The translations under genes were made by a program, and so were the position numbers. From NCBI GenBank assembly GCA_018238545.1, contig JABCTC010000013.1:1719-65718 (forward strand): a DNA stretch of 64,000 bases. Reading direction: 5' to 3'. This DNA is from Candidatus Heimdallarchaeota archaeon (GTDB taxonomy: Archaea; Asgardarchaeota; Heimdallarchaeia; Heimdallarchaeales; Heimdallarchaeaceae). The notes below the pieces were generated by a model, which saw only the letters and a list, made by a program, of their open reading frames with translations, was not told where the DNA came from and did not search any database. Positions 28,258-38,146 of this stretch are shown in pieces; within the stretch, counting starts at the first letter, position 1; each line of letters starts with the position of its first letter.

Positions 28258-29417
28258 TTTACTAACCTACCTTTGTACATTTGAAAATCTATATCAATGG
28301 GTGTAGCTCGCATGGTTAATGCCGCATAAACATCTTTTGAGAAACTGAGATTGGGGTTATTTAAGTCAAATCCTAGAAAATCACCGCTATATCCCACAGA
28401 TAATTGCCCAATTTTTCGTTGGATTATTAAGCCAGGGTTAACAGTTAAAGCTTTGAGTATGTCTTTTGGGGAGATAAGCTGTTTAGTGGAGCGAGCATTG
28501 TAAAGCGAAAAGGCCATTAATCTGAAAGGGTCTGGGTTACAGCAAAAAACATTATCTGACCCTAATCCTAGAAGTATCCCTTCGTCAATAATGGCCTTTA
28601 AGGGAGGAAAATCTAGACCATTATAGAGATTGGAAAGAGGGCAACACACAACACTAATATTGTTTTTTTTCAAAGATTGGAGATCGTTCTCATCTGCATA
28701 AGTCGCATGGATAACGAAGTCCAAATCTAATTGATCAATTGCTACTTCGATATCCCTTTTACCAAAAGTTGCTAAAGATCGAGAAATAACTTCTAAAGAT
28801 TCTGAGACATGAATCGCACACAAATGACCAACTTTATTTTCTTTCAAAATATTTGCTTCCTCGCAAAGCACGTCATCTAAAGAAAAGACATCTGGAAACC
28901 CAGTACCATCACTTTGTTGACTAATTTCTACTAATGGGTCTTTATTATCTGGACGTCCTAAAATCAAACCACGAATAGGAAAATCCACAAGAGATTCTTT
29001 CAACAAATTGATTCCCTGTAAACCTCCTTCTCTAAAATCTATGAAGCTTGTAAAACCATTGTTGACTTGCATTTCCAATGAGTTTCTTATACTGGAAATT
29101 TTTTCTTCAGTTGTACTGGAACTTAGTTTCTTGTATTTTACTCCAGTAGGACCCACAGCCTCGTCAAGAGATAATCCATAAGTGTGATCCTTAAGATATG
29201 CATCACCAACGTGAACATGAGCATTTACAAATCCTGGAATTAGCAAGTAAGATGAGGGTAAAACGTATTCAGCTGGTTTTTCTTCTTCTGAAATATCTAT
29301 TATGGTACCATCACTATCAACTTGGAACCGTACATTTTCAACAAACTCCAAATCTGGACCAACCAAAGCATTGGCACGAACGGCTACCATGGCTCTCTTA
29401 TGAAAATTTGTGAGCAA
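28239..29417 (-). CDS. amidohydrolase-superfamily deaminase (cytosine/guanine-deaminase / chlorohydrolase-like)
   Basis: Metal-binding GFVNAHVHVGDAY near the N-terminus, later HATYADENDL. Stop overlaps the reductase start by 19 nt (translational coupling). Confidence 0.65.
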   Translation of the reverse strand: MLTNFHKRAMVAVRANALVGPDLEFVENVRFQVDSDGTIIDISEEEKPAEYVLPSSYLLIPGFVNAHVHVGDAYLKDHTYGLSLDEAVGPTGVKYKKLSSSTTEEKISSIRNSLEMQVNNGFTSFIDFREGGLQGINLLKESLVDFPIRGLILGRPDNKDPLVEISQQSDGTGFPDVFSLDDVLCEEANILKENKVGHLCAIHVSESLEVISRSLATFGKRDIEVAIDQLDLDFVIHATYADENDLQSLKKNNISVVCCPLSNLYNGLDFPPLKAIIDEGILLGLGSDNVFCCNPDPFRLMAFSLYNARSTKQLISPKDILKALTVNPGLIIQRKIGQLSVGYSGDFLGFDLNNPNLSFSKDVYAALTMRATPIDIDFQMYKGRLVKWKNQK

Positions 29418-29529
29418 GTATTAAGATTTTACGGAAAAAGCGCATTCATGTTTAAAGGACAGATTGCAAGCAAAAAAAAAGAATGTTTACACTTTAATCT
29501 TTCAATTAAAAAACATTAGAATCAGTATA

Positions 29530-29537
29530 TTTATAAT
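29530..29537 (+). promoter_or_regulatory. candidate TATA box (tttataat) ~35-40 nt upstream of the EF-2-like start codon
   Basis: AT-rich divergent intergenic region. Position fits an archaeal TATA about 26 nt upstream of a short-leader TSS. Confidence 0.25.
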
Positions 29538-29571
29538 TCAACCTTAAAATTTAGCGTCAAAGCAGATTTAT

Positions 29572-31797
29572 GTGATAAAGATGGTTCGAGTAAAGAATCC
29601 AGATGAAATCCGAGAGATGATTAAAAGTCATCCTATGAACTTGCGTAGAGTATTCTCTATTGCAGCTCATATAGATCATGGAAAAACAACAACTAGTGAT
29701 TATCTCCTGCGTAAAGCTGGTCTGATGTCAGATGCAGATGCAGGAAAGAAAGTAATGATGGATAGTGATGATGAAGAACAAGAAAGAGGAATCACTATTT
29801 TTACAAGTGTAGTAATGTTATCCTACGAATTCGAAGGTGAAACATATCTATGTGAAATTAATGACACTCCAGGACATATTTCCTTTACTGGAGAAGTAAG
29901 TAGAGCACTTCGAGGAAGTGATGGTGTTGTTATATTAGTAGATGCGCTTGAAGGGGTTATGACCCAGACTGAAACCAACATAAGACTAAGTTTAGCTGAA
30001 AAATGCAAACCAGTTCTTTTCATTAATAAGGTAGACAGACTTATTTCTGAACTAAGGCTTGCTCCCAAAGATGTTTTTGCAAAAATTGATACAATTGTTG
30101 AAGGTGTTAAAAAACTAATCAAAGATAACGCTCCTAAAGGTTCAGTTAAAGACTGGATGGTATCTTTCCAAGAAGGATCAGTTACAATAGGTAGTGCTAA
30201 AGATGGCTGGGCTTTTAACATGTCAACTCTTCAAAGATTAAAGATTACACCCCAAGATGTTTTTGCAAAATATGATGAAGATGACAAAGATTGGTTAAGA
30301 GAGAATTTACCACTTGAAGAACCAATATTAGAGATGGTTATCAAGCACTTACCTGACCCTGTTGAAGGACAAAAAGTTAAGATCCCAGCAATTTGGAGCG
30401 GAGATTTAGAAAGTCCTGAAGGTCAAGCTCTTTTGAATTGTGATAGAGATGGACCATTAATGGGCATGATCACAAAGATATTTATTGAACCAAAGTCTAA
30501 AAGACCTACTCTTATTGGAAGAGTATACTCAGGTACGTTAAAGAAAACAGATTCTCTATTTCTAGTTGGAAAGAAAACCAAAGCAACCATTAAACGACTA
30601 GGAGTTATGGAAATTACTGACATTCTTGATGTAGATGAAGTTCCAGCAGGGAATCTTTTCGCTATTTACGGCTTTATTACTCCAGCTGGAGAGACTTTTG
30701 TGAGAGAAGGAGATGAAAAGAGGTTAACGCCTTTTGAAGAAATTTCTTATGCTTCAGATCCAGTTGTTAGCAGAACAATTAAACCAAAAGATCCCCAAGA
30801 TATTGCTAAATTGGGTGAAGTGGTATCAAAATGGATAATGGCTGACCCAACTGCTACTTTCAGACATGACCAAGAATCTAAGACATATGTTTTATCAGGT
30901 ATTGATCCTTTGCAAATAGAAATTCTAGTTACAAGAATTCAAGAGCAAGTACAGATTGATGTAAGTGATCCAATTATTGTATACAGAGAAACTCCATCTA
31001 AAATAGGTATTACTGTTCATGCCAAATCTCCAAATGGACATAACAGATTAATGGTACATGTTGAGAAATTAAACGCCGAATCACAGGCATTGTTCAAATC
31101 TGGTAAGATCCATAATGATATGGATCGTAGAGAAAGAGCAAATCAACTTCAAGAAGAAGCAGGATGGATTGCTAAGCAAGCTAGAAGAATCTGGTATATT
31201 AAAGATACAAATGTACTCGTTGATGCAACCTCAGGTGTTCAAAGATTAGATAATATTAAAGCATATGTTATCCAAGTTTTCAATGATTTCTGTGAAGGAG
31301 CCACATTAGCAAAAGAACCATTAATGGGTTCAAAGTGGATGATCACAGATGCTACTGTTCATGTAGATCCAGCTCATACAGGGTTTACAGAAATATTCCA
31401 AATGTGTTTAGCAGCATATCATACATCCTTCTTGACCAGTGACCCACACTTAGTTGAACCAATGCAAATTATAGACATTAAGGTTCCTAGCAGTTATGTA
31501 GGAAATATGTCAAAAGTAATTACCCAAAATAGAGGAGTAATTCAAGATATGACCCAAGAAGGAGAGAATACCAACATAAGAGGAAGGATACCAACAGCCG
31601 AAACTATTGATCTTGCAGATGAGATACGAGGTAATAGTTCAGGTAGAGCATTCTTTGGTTATGTCTTCGATGGATTTGATCCCGTTCCTACTAATTTGGA
31701 AAAAGAAGTGATAGAAGCTATTCGTACTCGAAAAGGCCTTTCTCCACAAGTTCCTGAAGTATCCAATTGGGAACGGTTCATGTATAAGAGAACATAA
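29572..31797 (+). CDS. elongation factor 2 family GTPase with divergent diphthamide loop (candidate EF-2 paralog)
   Basis: G1 AHIDHGKTT, RGITI, DTPGHISF, NKVDRL, five-domain length (741 aa). In domain IV the canonical HxDAIHRGGGQ is HVDPAHTGFTE: the His is kept but RGGGQ is lost. Confidence 0.85.
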   Translation: MIKMVRVKNPDEIREMIKSHPMNLRRVFSIAAHIDHGKTTTSDYLLRKAGLMSDADAGKKVMMDSDDEEQERGITIFTSVVMLSYEFEGETYLCEINDTPGHISFTGEVSRALRGSDGVVILVDALEGVMTQTETNIRLSLAEKCKPVLFINKVDRLISELRLAPKDVFAKIDTIVEGVKKLIKDNAPKGSVKDWMVSFQEGSVTIGSAKDGWAFNMSTLQRLKITPQDVFAKYDEDDKDWLRENLPLEEPILEMVIKHLPDPVEGQKVKIPAIWSGDLESPEGQALLNCDRDGPLMGMITKIFIEPKSKRPTLIGRVYSGTLKKTDSLFLVGKKTKATIKRLGVMEITDILDVDEVPAGNLFAIYGFITPAGETFVREGDEKRLTPFEEISYASDPVVSRTIKPKDPQDIAKLGEVVSKWIMADPTATFRHDQESKTYVLSGIDPLQIEILVTRIQEQVQIDVSDPIIVYRETPSKIGITVHAKSPNGHNRLMVHVEKLNAESQALFKSGKIHNDMDRRERANQLQEEAGWIAKQARRIWYIKDTNVLVDATSGVQRLDNIKAYVIQVFNDFCEGATLAKEPLMGSKWMITDATVHVDPAHTGFTEIFQMCLAAYHTSFLTSDPHLVEPMQIIDIKVPSSYVGNMSKVITQNRGVIQDMTQEGENTNIRGRIPTAETIDLADEIRGNSSGRAFFGYVFDGFDPVPTNLEKEVIEAIRTRKGLSPQVPEVSNWERFMYKRT

Positions 31798-31888
31798 AAT
31801 CTCTTTTTTCTCTCTTTTTACTTTTATTTCTCAATCTAAATTTGAGTGTATATTTAAAAAATAAAGGAAAAGTGATGAAGAAAAATTT

Positions 31889-33412
31889 CTAATCGCCTGA
31901 GTCTTCATCAAACTCTGCAGATAACTGTTCATAAAACAGGTCTTCTTCCGAAACTGGAGCAACATCTTCTTCAGTTATTATTCTTGATCTGTCGTCCTCC
32001 AAATATTCCATATCTTCTAGAATTGGTTCCAGTTCTTCTTCTACTCTTGCAGAGAATTTCTCTTGTATAAAACCAAGAAGAGAGGTAAACAATAGGATAA
32101 ATATTACCAGTGGAATTAAGAGAAGAACTACACCTTCTGGTTCTAACATCTCAAGCGAGTTATAAATGGAAGGAGGATATCGTAAGAAGAATAATAAGAT
32201 GTCTGGATTTAAGATAGCGTATAGTCCCCCAAGCATTATTCCCACTCGGAATATAACTGATATTCCAACATACATGAGAGTTTTGAAAGGAGTTATAGCT
32301 ATTGATGCACCTACCAGCTTATCATCTACTTTTGGATCACTATGAATCAAACCATCATGATACCTTTGCAATCTAGCGGTCAGTTTGTCTTTTTGACCAC
32401 CAGGACGAGCAAACAGAGAATCTGAAGCTTTTTCCATGAAATAAGTTAATCCGGCTAAACCAAATTTTCTCCTGATAGAACTACTCGCACCCGTAATTGA
32501 GCTACCAGATTTTTTATCTCCACTGTCATCTGTTTCTGCTCCTTCTTCAGCTTCTCCTACCACAGGCATAGCTCGAGAGCTAGTAATCCCTAAACGGAAT
32601 TCTTTCAATCTGTCCAAAGCTCTTAAAACTCTTTCTTGTCTACTCTGAGCAGGGTTAAGAATCTTCGTCATATATGATATCTGTAAGGCTATCTCAAGGA
32701 ACAGATATGAGGCAAGCGCAATTAATACTACTTCGTTCGTGATAAGTTCTCCGAAGTTACGTGTGGGGGAAAATGAGAACCCTGGTTTGAAGAGTAACTT
32801 AACACTTCCGTAGTAGACCACTAACTGGATACAAACAAACGCAGCAGTTGCTGAGCGCATGTCTGCTCTTAATAGAAATGCAGCAACTGATACTGAAAAT
32901 AGAATTACGAATAATATTAAAATAGATGCTCTATTTGCAACTTTTAAGGTGCCTAAATTGGTGAAGTAATAAGCAAATGGAGAGAACAGTGCGTTTACAG
33001 CAGAATCACCTACACCATATAGTCCTGATGTAGTCATCTCACCCGGAGGGGAAACATTATTGAATAAATCCACTGTAATAAATGCTCTCGCACCTAAAAG
33101 AATAGCATTTGCATCTGTCCCTGAGATAAGTAGAAATATCATCAAAGGAAGAGAGAAAAGTACAAGAGCTATATTCTCAAAGAAAATGAATAGCAGAGTT
33201 AAGCTATCTAATAAATGACCATCTGGAAATTTTTCTGTGTTTGTAAAATCAATTAAATCTGCAAATTGAAGCGCAACCCAAACAACAGCTCCTATAGCGA
33301 ACAATCGTCCAATTAAATTAGTAATTGTAGTTTGAATCTTTGCTCCTCGGATTCTACGTTGAACTCCTCGGATTCCAAGTTCGATAGATTGTGTGTCTCC
33401 TAACGATTCCAT
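31889..33412 (-). CDS. polytopic membrane protein with acidic C-terminal tail (last gene of operon A; possibly SpoIIM/DUF95-like)
   Basis: ~8 TM helices. 7-bp gap to the upstream DUF58 gene. Confidence 0.5.
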   Translation of the reverse strand: MESLGDTQSIELGIRGVQRRIRGAKIQTTITNLIGRLFAIGAVVWVALQFADLIDFTNTEKFPDGHLLDSLTLLFIFFENIALVLFSLPLMIFLLISGTDANAILLGARAFITVDLFNNVSPPGEMTTSGLYGVGDSAVNALFSPFAYYFTNLGTLKVANRASILILFVILFSVSVAAFLLRADMRSATAAFVCIQLVVYYGSVKLLFKPGFSFSPTRNFGELITNEVVLIALASYLFLEIALQISYMTKILNPAQSRQERVLRALDRLKEFRLGITSSRAMPVVGEAEEGAETDDSGDKKSGSSITGASSSIRRKFGLAGLTYFMEKASDSLFARPGGQKDKLTARLQRYHDGLIHSDPKVDDKLVGASIAITPFKTLMYVGISVIFRVGIMLGGLYAILNPDILLFFLRYPPSIYNSLEMLEPEGVVLLLIPLVIFILLFTSLLGFIQEKFSARVEEELEPILEDMEYLEDDRSRIITEEDVAPVSEEDLFYEQLSAEFDEDSGD

Positions 33413-33419
33413 TTTTTTA

Positions 33420-34874
33420 TCACCCTTGACGTTGCATGCGGTTAAACTGTGCCATTATTGTAGGCAAGAAGTCATCTGGACCTACTGAGATAGATACCGC
33501 ATCATATCTTCTTAGAAGCTTGAAAAGATTCTGTCGTTCGCCTAATTGTTTCTCAACCATAGCATGTCCTACCATTTGTTCTACTGGTGAAAGTTGATGT
33601 GAAACAATTTCAAACCATGGTCCAAAGGGAGAGATAACAGTGATATTATGCTTCCTTGCTCTAGCTCTTCTGATAGCTTTAATAATTCTATCAGGATGAG
33701 ATTCTAAATCTGAAATTATTACGATGTAAGATGCACGTTTCACTCTTTGCAATAAATAGTCGATTGCAACTTCCAAGTCTGCCTCTCCTTGAGGTTTAGC
33801 GTGAGCAAGCGACTCTAGAAACTGAAATAGACGAGATCTCACTGAAGTGATATCAACCCAATTCCTTATTTTATCATCATAAATACATAGACCTACAAGA
33901 TCCTTTTTCTCGAATGCAAGATGTATAAGAAGAACAGCACTTCGGATAGCGTACTCTAGCTTAGTATTGCGAGGTAAACCTGCACCCATGCTTACTGAAG
34001 AATCTACCAATACAATCACACGTATATTCTCTTCAGATTCATATTCTCTAACCATCATCTTTCCTGACCGCGAGAAAGCTTTCCAATCTATGAATTTGAA
34101 AGGATCGCCCACCTGGTATTTTCGTATACCCCAGAAATCTGAACCCATACCTTTGATTTTCGTTCTATGAAAACCAAACAGCACGCCTAGTTGTCTCTTC
34201 TTACCAATCATTTCCAATTTCTTGATATCTTCATAACTTGGATAAACTAAGATCTCTGTTTTTGTAATTATCTCTCCTTCTGTTGCGTAAAATCCCATTC
34301 GATCTCTTATAATCACTTTAGTAGGACCTATCTCAAAAACCCCTCTTATTGGGATTCTAACGACATATCCATAAGTTATTGTTTGTCTTGGATTCAGCTG
34401 TGTAACGATAAAGTTTTCACCTAGAATTAAATCGAAAACTTCTGGTATTGCATCATAAATCTCAACGGTTGGCAACTGATTTACAGATTTGTTCCTAGCA
34501 GTTACTTCTATGTATACATAATCTCCTGCGAAAGCCTTGGGTTTTGAAACTTTTCTTGTAATTTCAATTGACTTGGGGTTAGCTCCTAGTCGGTAAAATG
34601 GCAATCCCAAAAGAACTGAAAAGATTAACATTACTCCACCGAGTATGAAAAACCAGATTAGAGTGCCTTCTGTGTCAAGATAGAAATGTAAGAAATCCAT
34701 TATCCCTATACCTTGATTATCAGCAGGAACTCCAGTCGTTGTGGAGTTTACTTGGGGGCTTACACCAAATGAATCTAACATGGTATTTAATGATAAGTAA
34801 CCCATTAATGCAAAGCCTATGCTAATCATTATGATTCCACCAAAGACTAAAAAACCGCCTCGACGTGTGAACAC
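33420..34874 (-). CDS. DUF58 (vWA-like) protein, MoxR partner, with N-terminal TM helices
   Basis: DUF58 signature KGMGSDFWGIRKYQVGDPFKFIDWKAFSRSGKMMVREYESEENIRVIVLVDSSVSM. Confidence 0.7.
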   Translation of the reverse strand: MFTRRGGFLVFGGIIMISIGFALMGYLSLNTMLDSFGVSPQVNSTTTGVPADNQGIGIMDFLHFYLDTEGTLIWFFILGGVMLIFSVLLGLPFYRLGANPKSIEITRKVSKPKAFAGDYVYIEVTARNKSVNQLPTVEIYDAIPEVFDLILGENFIVTQLNPRQTITYGYVVRIPIRGVFEIGPTKVIIRDRMGFYATEGEIITKTEILVYPSYEDIKKLEMIGKKRQLGVLFGFHRTKIKGMGSDFWGIRKYQVGDPFKFIDWKAFSRSGKMMVREYESEENIRVIVLVDSSVSMGAGLPRNTKLEYAIRSAVLLIHLAFEKKDLVGLCIYDDKIRNWVDITSVRSRLFQFLESLAHAKPQGEADLEVAIDYLLQRVKRASYIVIISDLESHPDRIIKAIRRARARKHNITVISPFGPWFEIVSHQLSPVEQMVGHAMVEKQLGERQNLFKLLRRYDAVSISVGPDDFLPTIMAQFNRMQRQG

Positions 34875-34902
34875 TATATTACACCTAATTTGCTCGTTTC
34901 AT

Positions 34903-35916
34903 TTATACTGGAACAGGTAAGTTTCGAAGTATTTCACTTACAACGATAGTTCCAGTGGTTCCTTCTAATTCTGCTTCTGGTTTCATCATTAATCTATGAG
35001 CTGTTGCTACTCTGGCAACTCTTTTCACATCATCGGGGATAACGTAATCTCTGCCTCTCATAGCTGCTACAGATTTACAGGCATTTAGAAGAGCTATACT
35101 ACATCTTGGACTACCGCCCAATGTTAGTCTAGGATCTGTTCGAGTTGCCATGACCATATCCCGGATATAATTCAGAATATCTTCATGAACAAATATCTGT
35201 GTCGCAATGCATTCTTTCATTTTAGTTATAGTCATAGGTGTTGTCACTCTGCGAACTGACTGTCGAATCTGTTTATGCTTTAATAGTATGATGTCCAACT
35301 CTTCTTCACGGGAAGGCAAGCCTACTAAAAGCTTAAACATGAACCTATCGACTTGAGCCTCGGGTAGAGGATATGTTCCTTCTTGTTCGATTGGGTTTTG
35401 GGTAGCTATAACCAAAAATGGGTCATCTAGTTTGAAAGTGGTTCCTTCTACTGTAACCTGTTTTTCTGCCATTGCTTCAAGCAATGCTGCTTGAGTTTTT
35501 GGTGGGCTTCTGTTGATTTCATCAGCCAACAAGATATTTGTGAATATTGGCCCTTTTCTCATCTTGAATGTTCCAGCTTTTGGATCATAAATGGTAGTTC
35601 CTACCACATCTGATGGCAGAAGATCTGGAGTAAATTGAACTCTTTTGAATTCACATCCAAGTGTTAGAGCAAAGCTGTTAGCCATTACAGTTTTTGCAAT
35701 ACCTGGAACGCCCTCTAGTAGACAATGTCCTCCACCGAGTAGAGCTATAAACATGTCTTCTAGAACATCGACTTTCCCAATAATTACTCGTCGCAATTCG
35801 CTATATATTTCTTCCCAGACTCTTTTAATATCCTTTGGGGTAACAACTGCTTCTGTTGTTGTCTTTGCTTTAGCTTTTCCTTTTGCTTCACTATTTTCTT
35901 CACTCATTTTTTTCAC
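34903..35916 (-). CDS. MoxR-family AAA+ ATPase
   Basis: LLEGVPGIAKT Walker A, ILLADEINRSPPKTQAALLEAMAEKQVTV (MoxR signature), DRFMFK. Confidence 0.85.
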   Translation of the reverse strand: MKKMSEENSEAKGKAKAKTTTEAVVTPKDIKRVWEEIYSELRRVIIGKVDVLEDMFIALLGGGHCLLEGVPGIAKTVMANSFALTLGCEFKRVQFTPDLLPSDVVGTTIYDPKAGTFKMRKGPIFTNILLADEINRSPPKTQAALLEAMAEKQVTVEGTTFKLDDPFLVIATQNPIEQEGTYPLPEAQVDRFMFKLLVGLPSREEELDIILLKHKQIRQSVRRVTTPMTITKMKECIATQIFVHEDILNYIRDMVMATRTDPRLTLGGSPRCSIALLNACKSVAAMRGRDYVIPDDVKRVARVATAHRLMMKPEAELEGTTGTIVVSEILRNLPVPV

Positions 35917-35949
35917 TTTTCCTTATATTATTTTTTTTTCCTTGTAATC

Positions 35950-37758
35950 TTACAATCTATCAATTAATCCTTTAATAAATGTCATATATCTCATGAACAC
36001 AAATTCGGGGATGAACTTTGGTCTATTAAGATATTCGTTTATTCTTACTAATTCATCATAAAGATCTTTAAATCTTAAGGAAGGAATTTTTGTGCTTAAG
36101 TATTCAGCTATTTCTTCTGGTGACGACATTGATTGTCTTGACACTTTTCTTAAGCCCCTTACCATCGATCTATATAGAAGACCAACAGCTTCACTATAGG
36201 CACCTGAATCAACGATTCGCCGTATTTCTCTGTCAAACCTTGATGTCCCTTCTTCTCCTCTAACCTTAGTCCATAACACTGGAGACAATCTTGTTTTCTT
36301 TGGTATCAATGGATAAGCTATTACTGCAAACAGGATAGGTATAAAGGGCGAATAAAGTGGGAACATTGACATTTCTGTGATAAACTTCATTATTGCCATT
36401 GAATATACGGAAGCGCTGTAAAACTTCTGATGAGCATGGCCTTCATCAAAGATTATAGGGATAGCTGTTCCTGCTGTTAGATTCATATCGCTTCCTAAAT
36501 AATTAAACAAGTTCCTACTAAATATTAAATTATCATTTTCTTCTGGTTTGTCAATCCATTTGTTAATGAAAATATCAGGATCACCAATCATTACTATTTT
36601 ACCGCGACCAATTGGTAAAGTCATAATTGGAGCAAACATAACATTTCCCCATTCATCAGCATCTGGAAAGGCATTACCTTCTTTTGCTGATTGGAAATCA
36701 GATTCCATCCAAGCCGATCTCGATGTGTAGAACGGAAGGAAGGGGAGAAACATATCTTCTATTTCAAAACCAAATATTTCCAATGAAATAGCTTGTAGAG
36801 GCATCCAATCGGTTCTATAAACCTCTTCGCCACTTACATTTTCAGAGTGTCTGATAGCTAAACTCAAAACTGTTCCAAACTCCATTTGCAAACCTTTGGA
36901 TATACCATCAGTCAGAGGGTTTGATGTTTCCATATTTCTCAGAAGAGGTTGAGCAGGATTTGTTGTGTATGTTTCAGCATCCATTAGAACTGATCCATTA
37001 AAGGCAAAACCTTTCAGCATTCCCAACATACTAAAGATTAATGTCTCAGGACCTGCTGTTTGATTTTCTCCACCAAATCCAAACAAATCTAATAGAGAGG
37101 GTATTGATCCGTTACTTATTTCAGCTATATCATCCCAAGCATTAAGGAGAGAGAAGAATGGATCAAAAATCTGCGCTCCCGTACCAAAATCGTCAGCTAT
37201 GACCAAACTACCGCCCTTTGCTAGGAATGTAACCAAAGATATTGTATCTATGGTGTCGTAATTTGCTGCTGGACCAATAATTGCAACTATTCCAGGATCA
37301 GGATAACGGTTAAGTATTGCTAGAGATGACATACCATTTGAAATGTTATATCCTTCGTTTTCTAAGTTAACCCTTAAACTTGATAATCCATCCCAACCTT
37401 CATTATAGATGCTGAATTTTGTTCCATATCCAGCTAAACCAACGACTCCTAGTAAAATAGGCACCACTATAATCATAAAAAGTATGAACATTGCAATGGA
37501 GTATTTTGAGAAATTTCTAACGAATTCAGACATCAAGTATAAAATCAGAATTACTATAGTTACCACTATCATCATAGCTCCAATTTCTCGAGAAAATATG
37601 TAAGCTACGATTGTTCCTACAATAGCCAAGACTTCGGCAACTATGAAGAGAACTAATTTTTTTGGAGATATTTGTATGTTTATTCTCTTCTTCTTAGCCT
37701 CTGGACTTGATCTTCTTTCTCTTGACTTGTTTCTTTGTTTGTTGTCTTGCTGGCTCAA
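35950..37758 (-). CDS. DUF4350-like membrane protein (N-terminal TMs, extracytoplasmic domain, second TM)
   Basis: VAIIGPAANYDTIDTISLVTFLAKGGSLVIADDFG parallels the paralog 50211..51497 (LIIAGGSKNYRDSEILAIDGFILQGGLAVILAGSG). Same operon position. Confidence 0.5.
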   Translation of the reverse strand: MSQQDNKQRNKSRERRSSPEAKKKRINIQISPKKLVLFIVAEVLAIVGTIVAYIFSREIGAMMIVVTIVILILYLMSEFVRNFSKYSIAMFILFMIIVVPILLGVVGLAGYGTKFSIYNEGWDGLSSLRVNLENEGYNISNGMSSLAILNRYPDPGIVAIIGPAANYDTIDTISLVTFLAKGGSLVIADDFGTGAQIFDPFFSLLNAWDDIAEISNGSIPSLLDLFGFGGENQTAGPETLIFSMLGMLKGFAFNGSVLMDAETYTTNPAQPLLRNMETSNPLTDGISKGLQMEFGTVLSLAIRHSENVSGEEVYRTDWMPLQAISLEIFGFEIEDMFLPFLPFYTSRSAWMESDFQSAKEGNAFPDADEWGNVMFAPIMTLPIGRGKIVMIGDPDIFINKWIDKPEENDNLIFSRNLFNYLGSDMNLTAGTAIPIIFDEGHAHQKFYSASVYSMAIMKFITEMSMFPLYSPFIPILFAVIAYPLIPKKTRLSPVLWTKVRGEEGTSRFDREIRRIVDSGAYSEAVGLLYRSMVRGLRKVSRQSMSSPEEIAEYLSTKIPSLRFKDLYDELVRINEYLNRPKFIPEFVFMRYMTFIKGLIDRL

Positions 37759-38146
37759 CTAATTCTACACCTTGTTCTCTTATTCCACGGAAACATATAT
37801 CTAATCTCTGGATGGCTTCTTGATAGTCATCATATTGAATTTCCGTGTCAGTATATCTAGCAATTTCAAAGGATGTAAGATACTCGTCCATAACTTCTGT
37901 GGAGATGTTAGCTCTATTAGCAACTGAAAAACCAAATTCTCTTCCAGTTTCATATGGTGCACGGGACATATCTAGTAACCCGTGAGCAATGTTGGCTAAT
38001 CCTCCAAAGGAAGCTATAACGGCACCTTTGTAATCTTGTCTTTGCTCAAATATTCTTACATCTGCCATAACAGATGTAAACATCTGGTTTAATGATTTCA
38101 CTTGTTTTCTTTTCTTGAAGAACCCAAATATACCTCTATGACTCAA
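37694..38146 (-). CDS. small DUF4129-like cytoplasmic protein
   Basis: ...EIARYTDTEIQYDDYQEAIQRL resembles the DUF4129 xARY motif found in 51494..52288 and the tail of 38136..41813. Start may be internal (the ORF overlaps its neighbours). Confidence 0.4.
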   Translation of the reverse strand: MSHRGIFGFFKKRKQVKSLNQMFTSVMADVRIFEQRQDYKGAVIASFGGLANIAHGLLDMSRAPYETGREFGFSVANRANISTEVMDEYLTSFEIARYTDTEIQYDDYQEAIQRLDICFRGIREQGVELVEPARQQTKKQVKRKKIKSRG

